A stretch of 63,577 nt of DNA, filler included, from Pelomyxa schiedti (lineage: Eukaryota > Protista > Evosea), in assembly GCA_020536535.1 (NCBI GenBank). It is 5 parts of 5 records of this genome, joined end to end, with 100 filler letters (N's around TTAATTAATTAA, not from the genome) between each part and the next. Parts side by side here need not be neighbours in the genome. Positions count along the whole stretch, not along the records: positions 20,990 to 31,030 come from JAHLWZ010000513.1; positions 31,131 to 60,877 come from JAHLWZ010001008.1; 3 more parts are not named here. One strand, written 5' to 3'. The position numbers were made by a program, and so were the translations under genes. The notes under the pieces are model-generated. The model saw only the letters and a program-made list of their open reading frames with translations, did no database searches and was not told the DNA's origin. The stretch's first letter is position 1. Each line of letters begins with the position of its first letter. Shown piece by piece: positions 25,170 through 39,321 of this stretch.

Positions 25170-28100
25170 ATGACATGTACACCACCTGCAACCACGTCCA
25201 CCACGAGCCAGGGGAATAGTGTCACCTCGGCCGATGCGACCACGCCCGGTAGCATGCCGTCGAGGGCGAGGACGCGGCACCAAGGCCGAGGCGGGCACGC
25301 GCAGCAGCCGCACCCCCTGCGGGAGGCACACGTCCCCGCCACAGCCACCCCTGCTGCCGTCGCACTTATGGGATGCCCCGACAATATTGTGTGTGTTGAG
25401 AGTTTGACACAAGGGAAAAAAAAAAACAAAACACCCCATGTTTATTGTGGCCTATCAATAGGAAAGGAAAAACATGCAAAGAGAAATGAATGAAATACGG
25501 CAAGAGAACGAGGTACTCAGAAGCGAGAACAGACAACTTGTTAATGACGCACTGTTACGTGATTTACGGCATACTCGGCAGGTGACTGATTTAACTCATA
25601 ACACTGAACTTCTCCAGGTAATTCCATTATGGAGACCAGCTGGAATTCTATCTAACTTTATAATGTTTCTGCAGCAAACAGTTGGTACCCAAACGGATAT
25701 CCTGATTAAAATAAGGAATCAGATTCATAGACAATCCTGCCACTCCAGAGCCAACAAAACAATGTTCACACCAAACCACCCAACTAACCGTCCCTCTCAC
25801 AGTCCAATCCCCTCCTGTGAGTCAACTTCAGACTTCAACCCAGCAGAGTCAGTCCAGCAATTTGCGGAATCTGAAGTATTCCCTTTTCTCGAAATTCTCA
25901 CCAAGTATGCTGTAAAGAATTTCCCTTTTCTTTACCAGCAAAACAGCCAGAGTAGTGAAGTGGCTCTCCTTCAATCTGAGAGAGCTTCTTTGAGGAAACG
26001 GCTCTCCCAGGCAGAAGCGGAGATTGCACAGCTTCGCGCCACTTTATACAACCTCGAATCAAATCACGCTTCACTTGTCTCCGCAATTAAAGCTGCCAAA
26101 GCCCAGGTTTAAGTATGCTTTTCTTCTATTAATCTAACCTGTTCCGACAGTCAGAACAAGCCTTGAAGTTGGCAAAAAGGCAAGCTCAGAAAAGAGCGGC
26201 AGCAGTGTATGAGAAGCAAATATCCGATCAACAAGCTCAAATTGCGCAACTTAAACAAGTTATTGAGGTTGCATCCTTTCCTGTAAATACATCACCCATA
26301 ACTCACCAAGACAATTCAAAGAAATCCACCAGACCAGGAAGAAGCTAACTCGTAAGACCCCGTTCCCTTTCACAATTGTTAACCATTTCCACAGTGATTC
26401 CAGTTCCTCTCATGAAGCCACTCCAACAGCATCCCCTCCACTTCACTCATCTGATCCTATACATTCCACTTTCACTTTACCATTTTCCCCTTCACCTCCA
26501 CCATTACCTCTGTACAGGCAAACACCTACGAAAATAAAGGTTGAATTAGATCAACTGAAACAAATGTTACATGAAATACACAAATATGATTCCGACAGTG
26601 AAGATATCTTTATACATTCTAAGCACTGTTTATGGCGAAAAATAAGACGATCATACAAAACCAAGAAATCTCTGTCATGCGATTCTGATTCAGATGGCTC
26701 TAGCTTTACAATTCATTCAGGAAAGAAACTGGACAGTAATAATTGCCCACAGGCTGCACAGACTCCTACCAACACAGAAACCATCAGCAAACCGCTCCTT
26801 GAGGAAACAACCCAAACAGATTCCACCACTGAGTGCAACCTGAAGTCAGATATTCCTACTCTTGTTTGTGAGAATTCTGAAGAACCACGCGACAACAAAG
26901 GAGGCGATTCTCAAACAGCTGAGCCCCCAAAAGAAACTCTGGATAGCTCACCTTGCGCAAATTCTCCACAAGAACAGCCTATTGTGAAGCAGGACGGGGA
27001 TGGAGAAAGTGTTCCAGTCCCAGAGTCAACCACACACGAGGCCCCAAATGCAAAGACTCCCGAGGACGCAGCAGAGGACAAGTTGCAAAGTCCAAAAGAA
27101 GGAGAGGCTCCTAGCAGTGTTCCCCAAGATGCCGAGAAGGACAAAGAAAAGAACGAGACGAAGGAAGAGAAGGAGGAGGGGGAGGAAGAGGAAGAGGAAG
27201 AGGAAGAGGAGGGTGAGGGTGAGGATGAGGAAGAGGATGAGGACGATGAGGAATATGAGGATGAGTCTGAGGACGTTCCGGTGAGGCATCATATAACTGT
27301 GTGGGATTGCCATGCCTCTCATTACGATGGAGAAGTTTTTAAGTTTGTAGTTCAGTAGAACCTATCTCTCCTCTCACTACCTTAAGGCCGCCTGAAGAAA
27401 TGGGGGACGTATTCGACCAAATAACGATGGTCATCCCAGACCAGTGCGCACCACCAAAGTTGTAACTTGCCTTAACCTTAAAACCAGTGAAAGAAGAATG
27501 GAATGCGCCCTAAAGGCTGAGCAAGCCCGCAAAGAAGCGTTAAGTAAAATACCTGAAACCGGAATCCTTGCAGAGATCAAGCAAATTAAACCAAATTCTG
27601 AAAAGAGAATTGCGGTATGGTTACTGTGGTAAATCAGATTGACCTTACTTTGAGATAGTCCATAAAAGAAGCTGAAGACCTTGTACTTCAAAAAAAATTA
27701 GAGAAAGTTACTGCTGAAAAGAAAAAAGTAGATCTCCTGCTTCAGGTATATTACTCTTTCCCTACATACCTGACATTTGTCCTAAGGAAGGAAAAACTAC
27801 ACTTAAGTCTACCGGCATGTTTGATAAGTTAAATACTTTGGAACAACAAAGGATACAGCAGGCCAGATCCCGTTGGAGGTTATTTCAAACCAGTTTCCTG
27901 ATTCCTCAACTTGTCACAGAGATGACAACCCCCGCTCCGTGGTTCGTGGTCACAATTCAGTGTGTTGCGTTATCATCCTTACATTATGTTTACTTTTAAA
28001 GAGCAAAATTCACGACGACGAAGGCGACCTTGTTGAATATGACAGCAGCCAGTTTTTAAACTATCGGAATTGCACTAATCTAGTTGAGGGAAAGAGCTCC

Positions 28101-28977
28101 TCAGGAGAAGCCTACATTAGTTCTGCCTCTTTTTCAGATGATGGAGCTTCATCGCTGAGTGATGAAAGTGGACTTTCTGGGATGTGGCAGAAATTGATTC
28201 CTTCTTCAAGAAGATCGTCTTTAGGTTTCTTCTCCCTGTTCCGTGGCGCAACTTACATTTGCAATTCTAGGTGGACTTTCCACGCTTGTGAAAGATATGA
28301 TGGGCAGCAACCTACCCCAGCCAACCGCACTACCAGCTTCAATACAAAAACTAGTACAACCAGTCCCGCACACAGCTTCCCAGACAGGAAACTGTGACAC
28401 AGTTTCTTCCTCCAAAATGCCGACAGAGCGGTCTGTGATAGCACCACCGGCCGCGAAGCTGCCCAACACCCCAGGCCGAGCTTTGACCCCGAACACCAAT
28501 CTCCTGAAGCCCGCAAACAACTCACCAAAGCTCAAGCCCAAGTCCGGAAGCTCCGCATCATCATCCCACAGTAACTCCACAAGCCAACACTTCCCGCACA
28601 GCAATGCCGGGTCCTCCGGCTCCACATCCAACAAACTTCTTCGCACCCGCATCATTCCCCCACACTCCACAACACCAGCAAACAACTCCGCAACACTTCT
28701 AGTACCCCCTTTTGGCACCAAATCACCACAGCTTAAAAGGAGGTCAGATGCCGGGCTACCATCCCCAATCACAACAACCAACACAACCACAGTCACAACA
28801 ACAGCATTCACTAGCAACAGCAATCATAAGGCACGGTCACATAGTGGCTCAGATAGTAGCCGCTACGAAACAGCACCATCTCAAAAGAAAGCCACACAAA
28901 ACAACAACAAATCAAACAGCACAAGCACAACAAAAACCAACAAGGTGCAACAGAGTGGTTCCAGTGAGGAATTGTAA
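25170..28977 (+). CDS. Coiled-coil / acidic / Ser-Thr-Pro-rich protein of unknown function (may be one or two genes)
   Basis: Consecutive same-strand ORFs linked by short GT-AG introns; heptad-rich segments and a poly-E/D tract near 27170-27270. Confidence 0.5.
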
Positions 28978-29099
28978 TGTAGAAACTAATGTTTTAATGC
29001 TGAGAAGCAACAAGAGTTTGTTTTGTTTTTATTTATCAACATTCACTTGTACACACCTCCTAGGTCGTTCTTTTACAGTAAGAACAAAAGCCCAAGTAA

Positions 29100-31030
29100 T
29101 CAGTGCTTGTGGTGTCTTCTTGGCTTCTTTTCCTCAACAACTGGTTCTGCTGGTTGTTCTGGAGCTACGGCTTGTTCTTCCTCTTCACCTTTGTGATGCC
29201 TGTGTTTCCTGTGATGCTTGCTTTCCGGTTCTGGCTCTGCTACTGCAACTGGTTCCGGTTCTGCGGGCTTTTGCTCTTCGACGGGTTCTTCCTTACGGTG
29301 GTGCTTCCTATGTTTCTTGGTTGTAGCGTCGTCTGGAACTGTTTCCGGCTGTGGTTCTGGCTGTGGTTGTGGTGCCGGCTCAGGTTCGGGTTGTGGTTCA
29401 GGGGCACCTTTGTCACGGTGCCGGTGCTTAGATTTCTTAGGTTCAGTGACTGGTTGTGCCGGTTCTTCTTGTTTGGGCTCTTCTGGTGTTGCTTTTGGTT
29501 CTTCGGGTGTTGGAGTTGTTTCTTTGGGTTTCTCTTCAATTTGGTGATGCTCTGGTTCTGGTGTTGGCTTCTCTGGTTCCTCCGTAGGGATGCTTGAGGG
29601 GGCTGCTTTGGGTTCAGGTTGTTGTTCGGATGAAGTTGTTTGAGGTTCCGCAGGCAGAGTAGCGGCTGGTTGAGTAGTACTTGGGGGTTCCTCATGTTTT
29701 TCCGGTTCCGGGTCTGTTCTAGCTTCTTCTTTTGGTTTCTCTGGTTCGGCAGTCTGTTGCTCCTCTGGTACTTCAGCTTGTTTGGTTTCCGGGTGGGGTT
29801 CCTCGGCTGCAGGAGTAGACTCGACCATGGGTTCTGATTTATGTTCTGCCGTGATTTCAGCTTCTGGTGTAGGATCTGGTTTGACCGGTAGCTTTTCATG
29901 TTGTGGCTCTGGTNNNNNNNNNNNNNNNNNNNNNNNNNNNNNNNNNNNNNNNNNNNNNNNNNNNNNNNNNNNNNNNNNNNNNNNNNNNNNNNNNNNNNNN
30001 NNNNNNNNNNNNNGTGGGGTTCCTCGGCTGCAGGAGTAGACTCGACCATGGGTTCTGATTTATGTTCTGCCGTGATTTCAGCTTCTGGTGTAGGATCTGG
30101 TTTGACCGGTAGCTTTTCATGTTGTGGCTCTGGTTCCGGGACAGGAGCCGGAGTAGGTTTTTCTTCTGGTTGTGGGACCTCTGGTTCCGCAGGAGTGACC
30201 TCGGTTGCCTTTGGGCCTTTGGTCTCTTCAACATTGGGAGTGTCTTCCTTCACTTCGGGCTCAGCCACTTCAGCTTTCGGTGGTTCCTTTTCCGTAGTTT
30301 TTTCCGGCACAGGTTCCGGTGTAGCAGGTTCACTCTATTGGATACATTAGAGAGACAATACAGTAAATACACTCACTCCCACACTTTGCTTACCTTGGTG
30401 GGTGTGGGTACCTCCGGCTTCTTTGCCGCAGTTTCAGTCTTGGCATCCCCAGGTTCACCACCATTAGCCGAACCGGTTTCTTTCGTTTTAAGCGAACCCT
30501 TGACCGCCGGCATCGTCGTCGTTGTTGCAGTTGCATTAGAATTGGCGTTGCTATCCCCACCACCACCACCACCACCGCAACCTCCACTCACAGTCGCCTC
30601 CTGAGTCTGCTTTTGCTTCTGCGGCGTAGCAGCAGGTGCTGATGTTGATGACGCCGGGGAAGAAGAGGCAGTGTTGGCGATTCCGGTACCCCCGCCGTTT
30701 GTCTCGAGTTGCTTCGCGGTCACAGGGGTCCTCCTGGCCACGCCCCCCGCGCCCTTGACCGGCGGCGGGGGCTTCTCCGACGCCTTCTGCGCCAGCTCCT
30801 CGAACTTGGCCACCGCGTTCAGCTTCCCCCTGGGGAGCTGCGGCGCCGACGTGGTGGTGGCGGTGGCGGGGGTAGGCTGGGCCGCGGGGCCCGCGCCCGA
30901 GGAGGAGGAGGCGGAGGCGGCCTTGGGGCAGACGACGAAGGCGTGGGGGGAGGCGGAGCAGTGGGTGTGGACGGTGCCCCCGCACGCGGAGCAGGTCGAC
31001 GCGAGCTGCTTGGCCTTGCGGAGGTCGTCC
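29100..31030 (-). CDS. C1 (DAG/PE-type zinc finger)-like domain plus long P/E/K-rich low-complexity protein, 5' partial
   Basis: CSACGGTVHTHCSASPHAFVVC fits the Cx2Cx4Hx2C..C second half of a C1 domain; PE-rich repeats and KHRKHH patches follow. Confidence 0.6.
29793..30134. other. 100-N gap flanked by an exact 121-bp duplication (assembly artefact)
   Basis: 29793-29913 is identical to 30014-30134 across N 29914-30013. Confidence 0.93.
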
Positions 31031-31130
31031 NNNNNNNNNNNNNNNNNNNNNNNNNNNNNNNNNNNNNNNNNNNNTTAATTAATTAANNNNNNNNNNNNNN
31101 NNNNNNNNNNNNNNNNNNNNNNNNNNNNNN
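31031..31130. other. Scaffold gap with artificial TTAATTAATTAA linker
   Basis: 44 N + linker + 44 N. Confidence 0.97.
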
Positions 31131-31301
31131 ACCTTCCCGTTTTGTAAGTTTTTCTGGGAAGTCCTCGGAGGACAACCGCCAAAAAATGTTTGCCCCCAGC
31201 GTCCACTGTTGAGTCCGTAGCCCAATTTTGCCTAAAGTGGGGAATGGATATAAACCTCTATCACACTGCACTTACTTGTACTACAGGTCACCTTGCAACT
31301 C

Positions 31302-31689
31302 CCTCCCTTTGGAAGGGTGCGGGATTGCTCCAGTGGATATATATGCATTCTGCGGAAGGATGCATATCTTCTGAGGAGGAGGGGGGAGGTGAACACCCTT
31401 TGTATTACACCCGTCATTCTAGTATTTTGCACCCTTTGGGGGGGGACGCACAAATACACAAGGTGGGTTGAGAGGGACGAACACACACTGTGGGGAAGGG
31501 TGTATGTTCGCCCTGCCTGTGCACCTCATGGAGGGGTGCCACAGAGGCAGTGATGGGGGAGGGTGGGGGTTGGGGGTGGAGAGCAGCACCCTGTGGAGGG
31601 GTGTAGGCTCACCTTGCATGTGCACCCTTTGGAAGGATGCACGTGGGGATGGGGATGTGGGTGGGGATATACACTCTGCGGAAGGGTGT
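31302..31689. repeat. Array of about eight 19-bp imperfect palindromes (consensus approx. RCACYCTKYGGARGGRTGY) with irregular spacers
   Basis: Copies start at about 31302, 31345, 31429, 31485, 31521, 31586, 31622 and 31671, with a partial copy at 31393. Confidence 0.8.
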
Positions 31690-31972
31690 ATCATTCACAC
31701 GCACCTGCCTGCATCCCTCCGCGCACATGCACTCCTCCCTGGTTCTCCCTCGGCGGCTGGAAAGACCACAAAACTGTAGCATTTGTCTGGAGCAGATGTG
31801 GTCCAGACATTTCTGAATTTTCCCTTCACAGGGTACAGATAACCAGTACCCTGTTGGTGCCAAAATAAAATAAAAAGTGTGAGTCCCAAACTTGGGTTTG
31901 TACAAGAACAGTGTACACTTTCTTGTTGGATTCTTGTCTCGAGTCATGCACACTGATGTGTGTGGTGGAAAA

Positions 31973-34884
31973 TCACACCATTCCAGGGGGAGGTTGCCAT
32001 ACACATACTGAGGCTTGTGATGTTCCAGCCCAGATACTGGCACTGTTATGAACCGGCACTGCAACGGTACGCTTCCCGAGGCCCATGTTGCACCCATCAA
32101 CGTGAAGAACACGTAGGCAAGTCATGGTCAGCGGGTCCCACACATGCATGTTACCCGTGGAGTCGCAAGCAATGACCAGGTTCAGTGCGGGGCTGAGTTG
32201 TTCAATGGTTACTGACGGGTCATGTTTTAGTGTCTTGATTTCCTTTCAATGTGTTAGGGATGTATTACTTGAGGCGCAAGTATTACCGTTCCTGATATGT
32301 CATAAATAGTTATAAAACTCCCTCCGGCGACCCAGTATTGGTCTCCTACTGATAGAAGTGCGGTTTTCCTTACGGGAGTTGTAGGTGGAGGAGCCTCCAC
32401 TTTAGCGGTGTCTGGGTTGAGCTTTGCTATTCCGGCAGAAGAAGCAAGCCATATGCTTTTGCCAAACTGTTCCATGGAGAGAACATCCCACTGAATATTG
32501 ACTTTATGCTTGATCGAACCGTGCTGACAGGTTTTAGGATGCAAGTATTGAGCAATCGCAAGAACGTACTGTGCTTAGGATTGAAATTTGACAGCCAGGA
32601 GAGGGATTTGAGGCACAACTCCAGACTCTAGTGTGCGATGTTTCTACTGCACAAAATCTAGAGACTACCCTGAAACCTGGGTCATGGGCCACAACTCTTC
32701 TGAATTTAAATGTCTGGAAAGATCAGGGTCAGAGTTTTGAAAGTGTAATTACATTGATGTCGATGATATAGACAGAAGAATCAGAAGATCCAGCCCATAC
32801 AACCCGCTTCTGGTGGAGAAGTGCATTAATGTCAGTATGATGGAGCTGAAGCTGGGTCAATGACTTCAGTTCGTCAGCTTTCCATATCGATAACATACCA
32901 CCACTTCCACCAACCTGTGTGAAAATGAGCACTTGGCGGTGTTTTCATGACTTACCCATACACTGCTCCCCACTGCTGCTACACAACATATAGGAATGGG
33001 AGGGTTCGTTTGTAGTGTAGTAGGTGTAAGCTCACGAATGAATTGTGGCTGCTCTGTTGTCAAAAAGATAAGCAACATAGATTCTACCTACCCTGAGAGC
33101 ACGCTGCCGCGGTTCTACAGATGAATCTGTTTCCCGAATTTCTGGACTTGACTTGGGTGGGTATGGGGGGGTCTGTGCTAGATTTAGCTGTTTGTAACAT
33201 GTGCTATTTTAAAAAAGGGGGGTTGCAACAAGCATACACTAGGTTTCATGGGCAGCTGTGGTGATTGGTTAAATATATCAAGTACATTTGGGGCACTAGC
33301 GGCAGTTGTATGTTGATGATGGTGATAGTGCCGATGCTTTCTTCTGGACTGAGCGTCTGCAGGAATGGGATCTGAAGTTGGAGCATAGGCACTTGAAAGA
33401 TTATAATCACCATTGGCACCATTTTTACTGCCGCCGGAGAGTGACAAACTTGGTGGAGTTGTATTGGGAGGTTCGTCCATACTGGTACTAGGTAGTACCT
33501 CAGTGGAAAGAGTAGAACCCACTGTTGTAGCTACAGTAGTAGCAGGTGCGGGACTGGGAGGAGTGACATCGTCCCGACTGGCTGTTGGTTGTGGGGGAGT
33601 GGCACCATTTCCAACGACATCCTGGAACGGGAATGAGAGAACTGCCGAAATTCTAAATGTTTACCTGGAGCCATGGATGCTCCAATAATATTGCGGCTGG
33701 TGGTCTATCAGTAGGGGTTTTTTGAAAGCAGCACATCAAGAAATTTTGAAGAGGCTTTTGTTGGGGGAAATATGAAATAGGGGTAAATCACTCTTGTGGA
33801 CAATGCAATGAATACCTGAGAAGCGTTTGGTATTGGCATTGGACTTTGAACAATTTTGAACATAGCACTCATTGCATTGAATCTATTGTTTTCGGTAAGG
33901 TAAAAAGCAGAGTAAATGGTCTTACTTGAAATAAGGAGGCTCTCCTGTAAGTAGCTCTACAATGGTACACCCCAGACTCCTAACAACATTAAACTCTCAT
34001 TCATTACAAAGCATTTACCATATGTCTGAAAGAGTGTTATGTCCAGATTCAGTAATGACTTCTGGAGCCACTATAGATCCAGAATTGAGTTGAGTTATTT
34101 AGTGTCAGTGGACATACTCCAAAAAGGGGAACCGACCACAGTGTAATGCTTTCCGCCGTCTTCTAATGCTGCAACGCCAAAATCAGAAAGTAAAACTTTG
34201 CCTTGGTTACTTAGTAACACCTACTAGCACATATAAATGAGAAATATTGATCAAGAAGGGGAAAAAAAAAAACATGCATTGGCAGCTTTTATATCTCGAT
34301 GTATGACACCTTTCTCGTGTAGATATGCAAGAGCTTTTAGAATTTGAGCGACATACACAGCAATACTATGTTCAGGGAGATGGTTAAGCTCCTTGAGAAG
34401 CTTTAAAAGAGAGCCGTTTTGGGCGTACCTTGAAAATATTACCCAATAATAGGGGGAAAAAGGAGATTACTCTAAGAAAATGTATACGTGGGGAGGGCAC
34501 TCCCAACTTCCCAATATCCGCACAATGTTATCATGTTTCAGCACAGATAAGAGCTTGATTTCGTTCTTGAGAAAGTAAGATCAGAAACACAAAGTGACAA
34601 GCCAAGGGATGAATTTGCGTACATGGAAGGAAGCCAAAGAAGCTTTTGGAATTCCTTTCGTCTCTATTCTTTTAGCTGCCACGACTTCCCCAGTGGAAGC
34701 ATTTTGTGCCTTGAACACTGACGCGTAATTTCCCTTGCCGATTTTCTCCCCGATAATCTGCCGCGATAAAAACACCGCAGAGTTTGCGTTTGCGTTACCG
34801 ATAATAATAAACGCTAATGTTACGTACGAATGTGCCGAACGATGTCGTCAAGATGCTAGTAGCGCCGCCACCGCCAGAGGCCAT
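31973..34884 (-). CDS. STE-group (Cdc15/SepA-like) Ser/Thr kinase with C-terminal WD40-like beta-propeller
   Basis: IGKGNYASVFKA, VAAKRI, NEIKLL, HRDIKAAN|VLL, SDFG, VVGSPFW|MAPE, SDIW|SLGCT; C-terminal repeats such as VWAGSSDSSVYIID and IWAGTSQASVCVW. Confidence 0.9.
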
Positions 34885-35187
34885 TTGTTTGTTTTTTCAC
34901 TGGCCTTTTGCTTTTACCGAGAAAGGAGATCCGTTTCGTGTTATTTTTGAAGATCTTGAGCATTTCCTCCCCTGAGGGATGCTCTGCTCCACCACGAACT
35001 ACCATTGTGATTGGCACATCACTCCGGTTGTCGCGGTGAGAATCTCCCGAAAACTCAGAGAATCTGCCTGTTGATGGCAGATGCCAAAACCAAAAACACG
35101 ACTCAATAAAAATAAGCTACAATTGTCAGGCGATCTCGCGTCCGGAACCGGGGGTGGTGTTTGTTGACTGCAGTGATTGAAAGAAAG

Positions 35188-38100
35188 ATGTCGTCGTCTG
35201 ATCTGTGGCAGCAGGTACCTTGTTGTTGTGCGACCGTGGGTTTGGTTTTTTTTCTTTTTTTTTTCTTGTGCTGGAAAAAGACCTACAGTTGTTCTATTTT
35301 ACCTAAATGCTTTTTTTACCTGTTGCAGGTATTGAGTGCTGTTGGCGTTTTGTACAACGACAACACTCCCAAGGCACTTCATAGGCAAACAAACGAGTGA
35401 CTTTTCCACCCTTTATCTCTTTTTTTTAATCTCTAAATCCAACTAGCTGGCTTGAGGAGTTTCAAAGACTTCCACAAGCTTGGGAAATTGCTGATAAGCT
35501 GTTACGTGATTCGTCAGTTGGGTTAGCATCCTTCCTCTCTCTTTTTTTTTTAAAGAAAATTCCTTCCACAGGCTTCAAGCCCATTATATTGGTGCTATAA
35601 CGCTGCACACAAAGATTAGGCGCGACTTAATGGATCTACCATCAGATGCTTGTATTCAACTCAGAGATAGTCTCCTACAACACATGCTGAGGTGCTGTGA
35701 GTCATGACAGTCGCCATTCCTGAGTTTTGTGTTCACAAATAGGTTTAAAAAGGGGCCCAACTGGGTTTTATCCCGAATTTGTATGTCTATAGCGTCTTTG
35801 GCTTCACAGATATCAAATCTCTGGCCACATCCAGTAAACCAGCTCTTGCAGGCTTTCGGTGTGAAGCTTTTTCTCAAGTACATATTTAATCTGGGTTGTG
35901 TGTAGGTAGCAACGCTGAAACTGTAGGAGTACTTGTAGAACTTCTATCTGCAATTCCAGAGGAAGCAGCACGAAGTAGAGGGCATCTTCAAAGAGAAATT
36001 TCCCGCTCATTTGACGACATGTTGATTGAATCGTGTTCTGGGGTGTTGCAATTTTTGAACCTCTGTGCTCACCATACAAACTCTGCAACCACAACTACTG
36101 GCTCTGGCACGGCAACACCAGGACAAGACACAACTGCCAGCCCTGTACAAATATCTGTGGGTCTTAAGGAAGTATGGATCAAGTGCATAGTATTTTCTAG
36201 ATAAACGACTTTCAATGCTCTCAGATCTTCCAATGTTATTTAAACTGGTTGCGGTTTGTAAAAATTCCGTACGATATTATCAACAACTTTCCCATGACAT
36301 GGGCAGCCTGGGATGTAATCAAAGACACCACACTGTTTTGTGTGTCCTCCCACTTTTTCCCATGTGCGCTAACTTGTATTATTAAGCCAGTGCAGTAGAC
36401 CTAATATGTGGTAAATCTGTTCTTCTAATCTTTCACTTCTCAAGCCTTACAGAGATCGTGAGATTAAGTGGCTATCTTGTTCCACCCAGTGAAATGAAGT
36501 ATGAATAAATTATTCTCCATGGTACTAAATTGGTCAAGTCCAATGAGGCAAAAAGTGTTCACACTTTCTGCGCCATTGATATCGATGTATTCACCATTTA
36601 GACAATCTGGAAAATGTTAATAGCAACCAGGTACCTTCAAGCTGTACAAGCCCAGGACCCCGACTTGGCACATGGCCTGACAAGAATATTTGTTGAGGTT
36701 CTATTATCTTTAATCTGTTTTTACTTTGTTTTACTGATACGACCAACCTCTCAAGATTGGAGAGACATATAGCAACTTTATTGCACAGGTGTGCTATACT
36801 ACTTCATTCCTGTTCCTTATGTATTCGGTTTAGGGATCTCCAGAAGTTCTTCCCATTGTAGGAGTTTTGCTTGAGTGTAGTGCGAACAATGATGAAGATA
36901 TTTCTGGGATGACCTGGCAACATTGGCACTTACTATCCCGAGCTATTTGTTCTTTGGTGAGAACTACATTAGCCATTTACAACTGAAAGTTTCCTTTAGA
37001 GAAGTAAACAAGCACAGACCACACCACAACAGCAACAGATATTTTCTGGTTGTTTCATGAAACTGATCCAACTTTTGATGCAACATATGATGCTTCCACC
37101 TAATTACGAAACACTCGCTTCTGAACGGCAAGAGGAAGTGAAGCACTACCGCAGGTAGAATTCATGACACGTCAGAAGAATCTCATTTTCATAGATATGA
37201 GCTTGCTCACTCCGCCAGAGACGGTTTGCATTCCACTTTATGATGTACTTTTAACGACATAGGAAGCTGTTACTGTAATTACCTTCGACAGCACTATTGA
37301 GTCACTCTCTCAGGCTTTAACCGTGACCCTTGCGCATCATCAAACTTCCTCTGATTGGAGGCCCACTGAGGCTGTATTGTACATGCTGCGATCTGTGGCA
37401 AGGAACTGTGATATGAATTCATCCACCGGTACCACATTATGCCAGGTTTCCTTCTTTCAACATTGTTACTTCTTAACCTGTGAGTAGCTCCTATTGCAAT
37501 TGCCTACCCTTCCAAAAAAAGACTTTTTGCTCTACACGGCTATCATGTGTGTTGGGCGCTATTCCGATTTCATAGCCAAAAATCCGCAATTACTTTCAAC
37601 CCTTTATTCCTTTGTCGTTAACAAGTGTGTGTCCTTTCCAAACCCGAAATAGTTCACATTATTTAGTTTTGGAAACAAAGAACTCGCAAGTGCCTGTGCT
37701 CTCTCTTTCAGACACCTCTGTGAGTCTGCACCTGCAGTGGTGTATACTTCCGTTACATCAATTTTACAGTTATATGATGCTCATCAGCAACTTCCTCTCT
37801 CAAAGACCGATATGGAGGTTTCTTTCCTTTATTATTCCGTTGTGCCTCTTCACTTCTAACCTCGTTGTGTTGGAAATAAGGAATTTTTTATGGGTGTTGG
37901 CTTCGTTGTGTCCACAGCCCCACCACCCGATATTGACAACATCTTGACTCGATTGTATACTCCTGCAGTTTCAAATGTCCACGCATGTGTAGCAGCGTGT
38001 GCTACCGCTTCACACACTACTGCACCGACGGTGACTACTGTCGACAGCGCACAATCTATCCCCACTGCCACATCTCCAGATTCTATACTCGCGCTTTGCA

Positions 38101-39239
38101 TATCCTTGCATAAACTAGGGTGTTTACTGCGTTATGTGAAACCTCAACCACTGGAGGGCCACCCCCTTCCCGGCTATCTTATATTTGAGAAGGTTCTACT
38201 GCATTAAATAAAAGTAACGATAAAAACAACTACAGATTTGGCCACTTCTGGATTACCTCCTCGCACAGTTTGCTTCGTATGTTCAAATTATTGACAATGT
38301 ATGTTCCTGCATAAGGAATGCTGTACATTCGTGCGGCACCAAAACTGCCCCATTGGTACACCAAATAGTGCACTCTGTGTGTTCCTCTTTCACAAAAAGC
38401 AAAAATTCTGCAAGTACTCGGTTTTCCCTATTTGTAAGCAATCTTACACGAAACAGTTTTGTTCACTCTCAGCTTCATTATAAGTACCTTTGCCAAAGAT
38501 TCCTCGGTGCAGTCACCACCAATTGCCGATTTTATCTATAGCATTGGAGAATCATCAAGAATTGTCCTCACATCAATTCGTACCCCTGATGACTTTGCCA
38601 ATCAACCAGGTCTGTCAGAGAAACTCTTCATTTTGTGTGAATTACAGTTCTGGAACAGACGTCATACGAGAGTTCTGTGAACTTATCACGCAATTCCTTT
38701 ATTACTATCCAGGAGTACTAGTTCCCTCTGATCTCCTTCCACCATTGTTTGAGTGGGGCCTGCCCGGGTTCACCTTGTTTGAGCAACAAGCTTTCCAGGC
38801 ACTCAAGTCAATGTACGAGAATCTTTTCCTTGCATGCCGGCCACCGCGGGGTTCTACCACTCCTTCGACTCTGGGTACTCACCTGAACACACTGCTGACA
38901 AATACACAGTCTCAGCTAGGAACGAGATTCGTTCAAGCAATGCTTGCTGGTGTTGCATGGCTACAGCCTTATGCCCGAGTATGTGAGGTCAGGGACCTGA
39001 TACTGTCTGCGCGGAGATATGACTACAACTTATTCGCCCAAATGTGTGCCTCTGCTCTTACTGTGGGACTACCCAAGCCAGGCAGTGGTGCAAGTGCGGA
39101 GGTTGTCAGTGTGCCCAGTGTCATTACTGAGGCCTTTGTGCGGTCAATGAAAGTCTCGCCAGTGGAAAGCGCTAGTGAGGATGCGGAACATGTGTTGATT
39201 GCTTTGGAAGACTTCATACATTCCTGCCGTACCCTGTGA
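35188..39239 (+). CDS. TNPO3: Transportin-3 / Mtr10 / importin-13 family karyopherin
   Basis: VLSAVGVLYND..WLEEFQRLPQAWEIADKLL..GAITLHTKIRRDLMDLP..LRDSLL; LVELLSAIPEE; WRPTEAVLYMLRSVA; helical HEAT-like exons throughout. Confidence 0.8.
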
Positions 39240-39321
39240 TTTAAATAGACAACCAACACATAACACACTCTTCATCAATTTTTTATTTTTTTATTTTCGA
39301 CTGTGGAACTTTTGTTGTAGT

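Noticed and set aside
31302-31689. CRISPR array interpretation of the palindromic repeats
   Set aside because: Repeats are too short and degenerate, spacing is irregular, there are no cas genes, and the context is eukaryotic.
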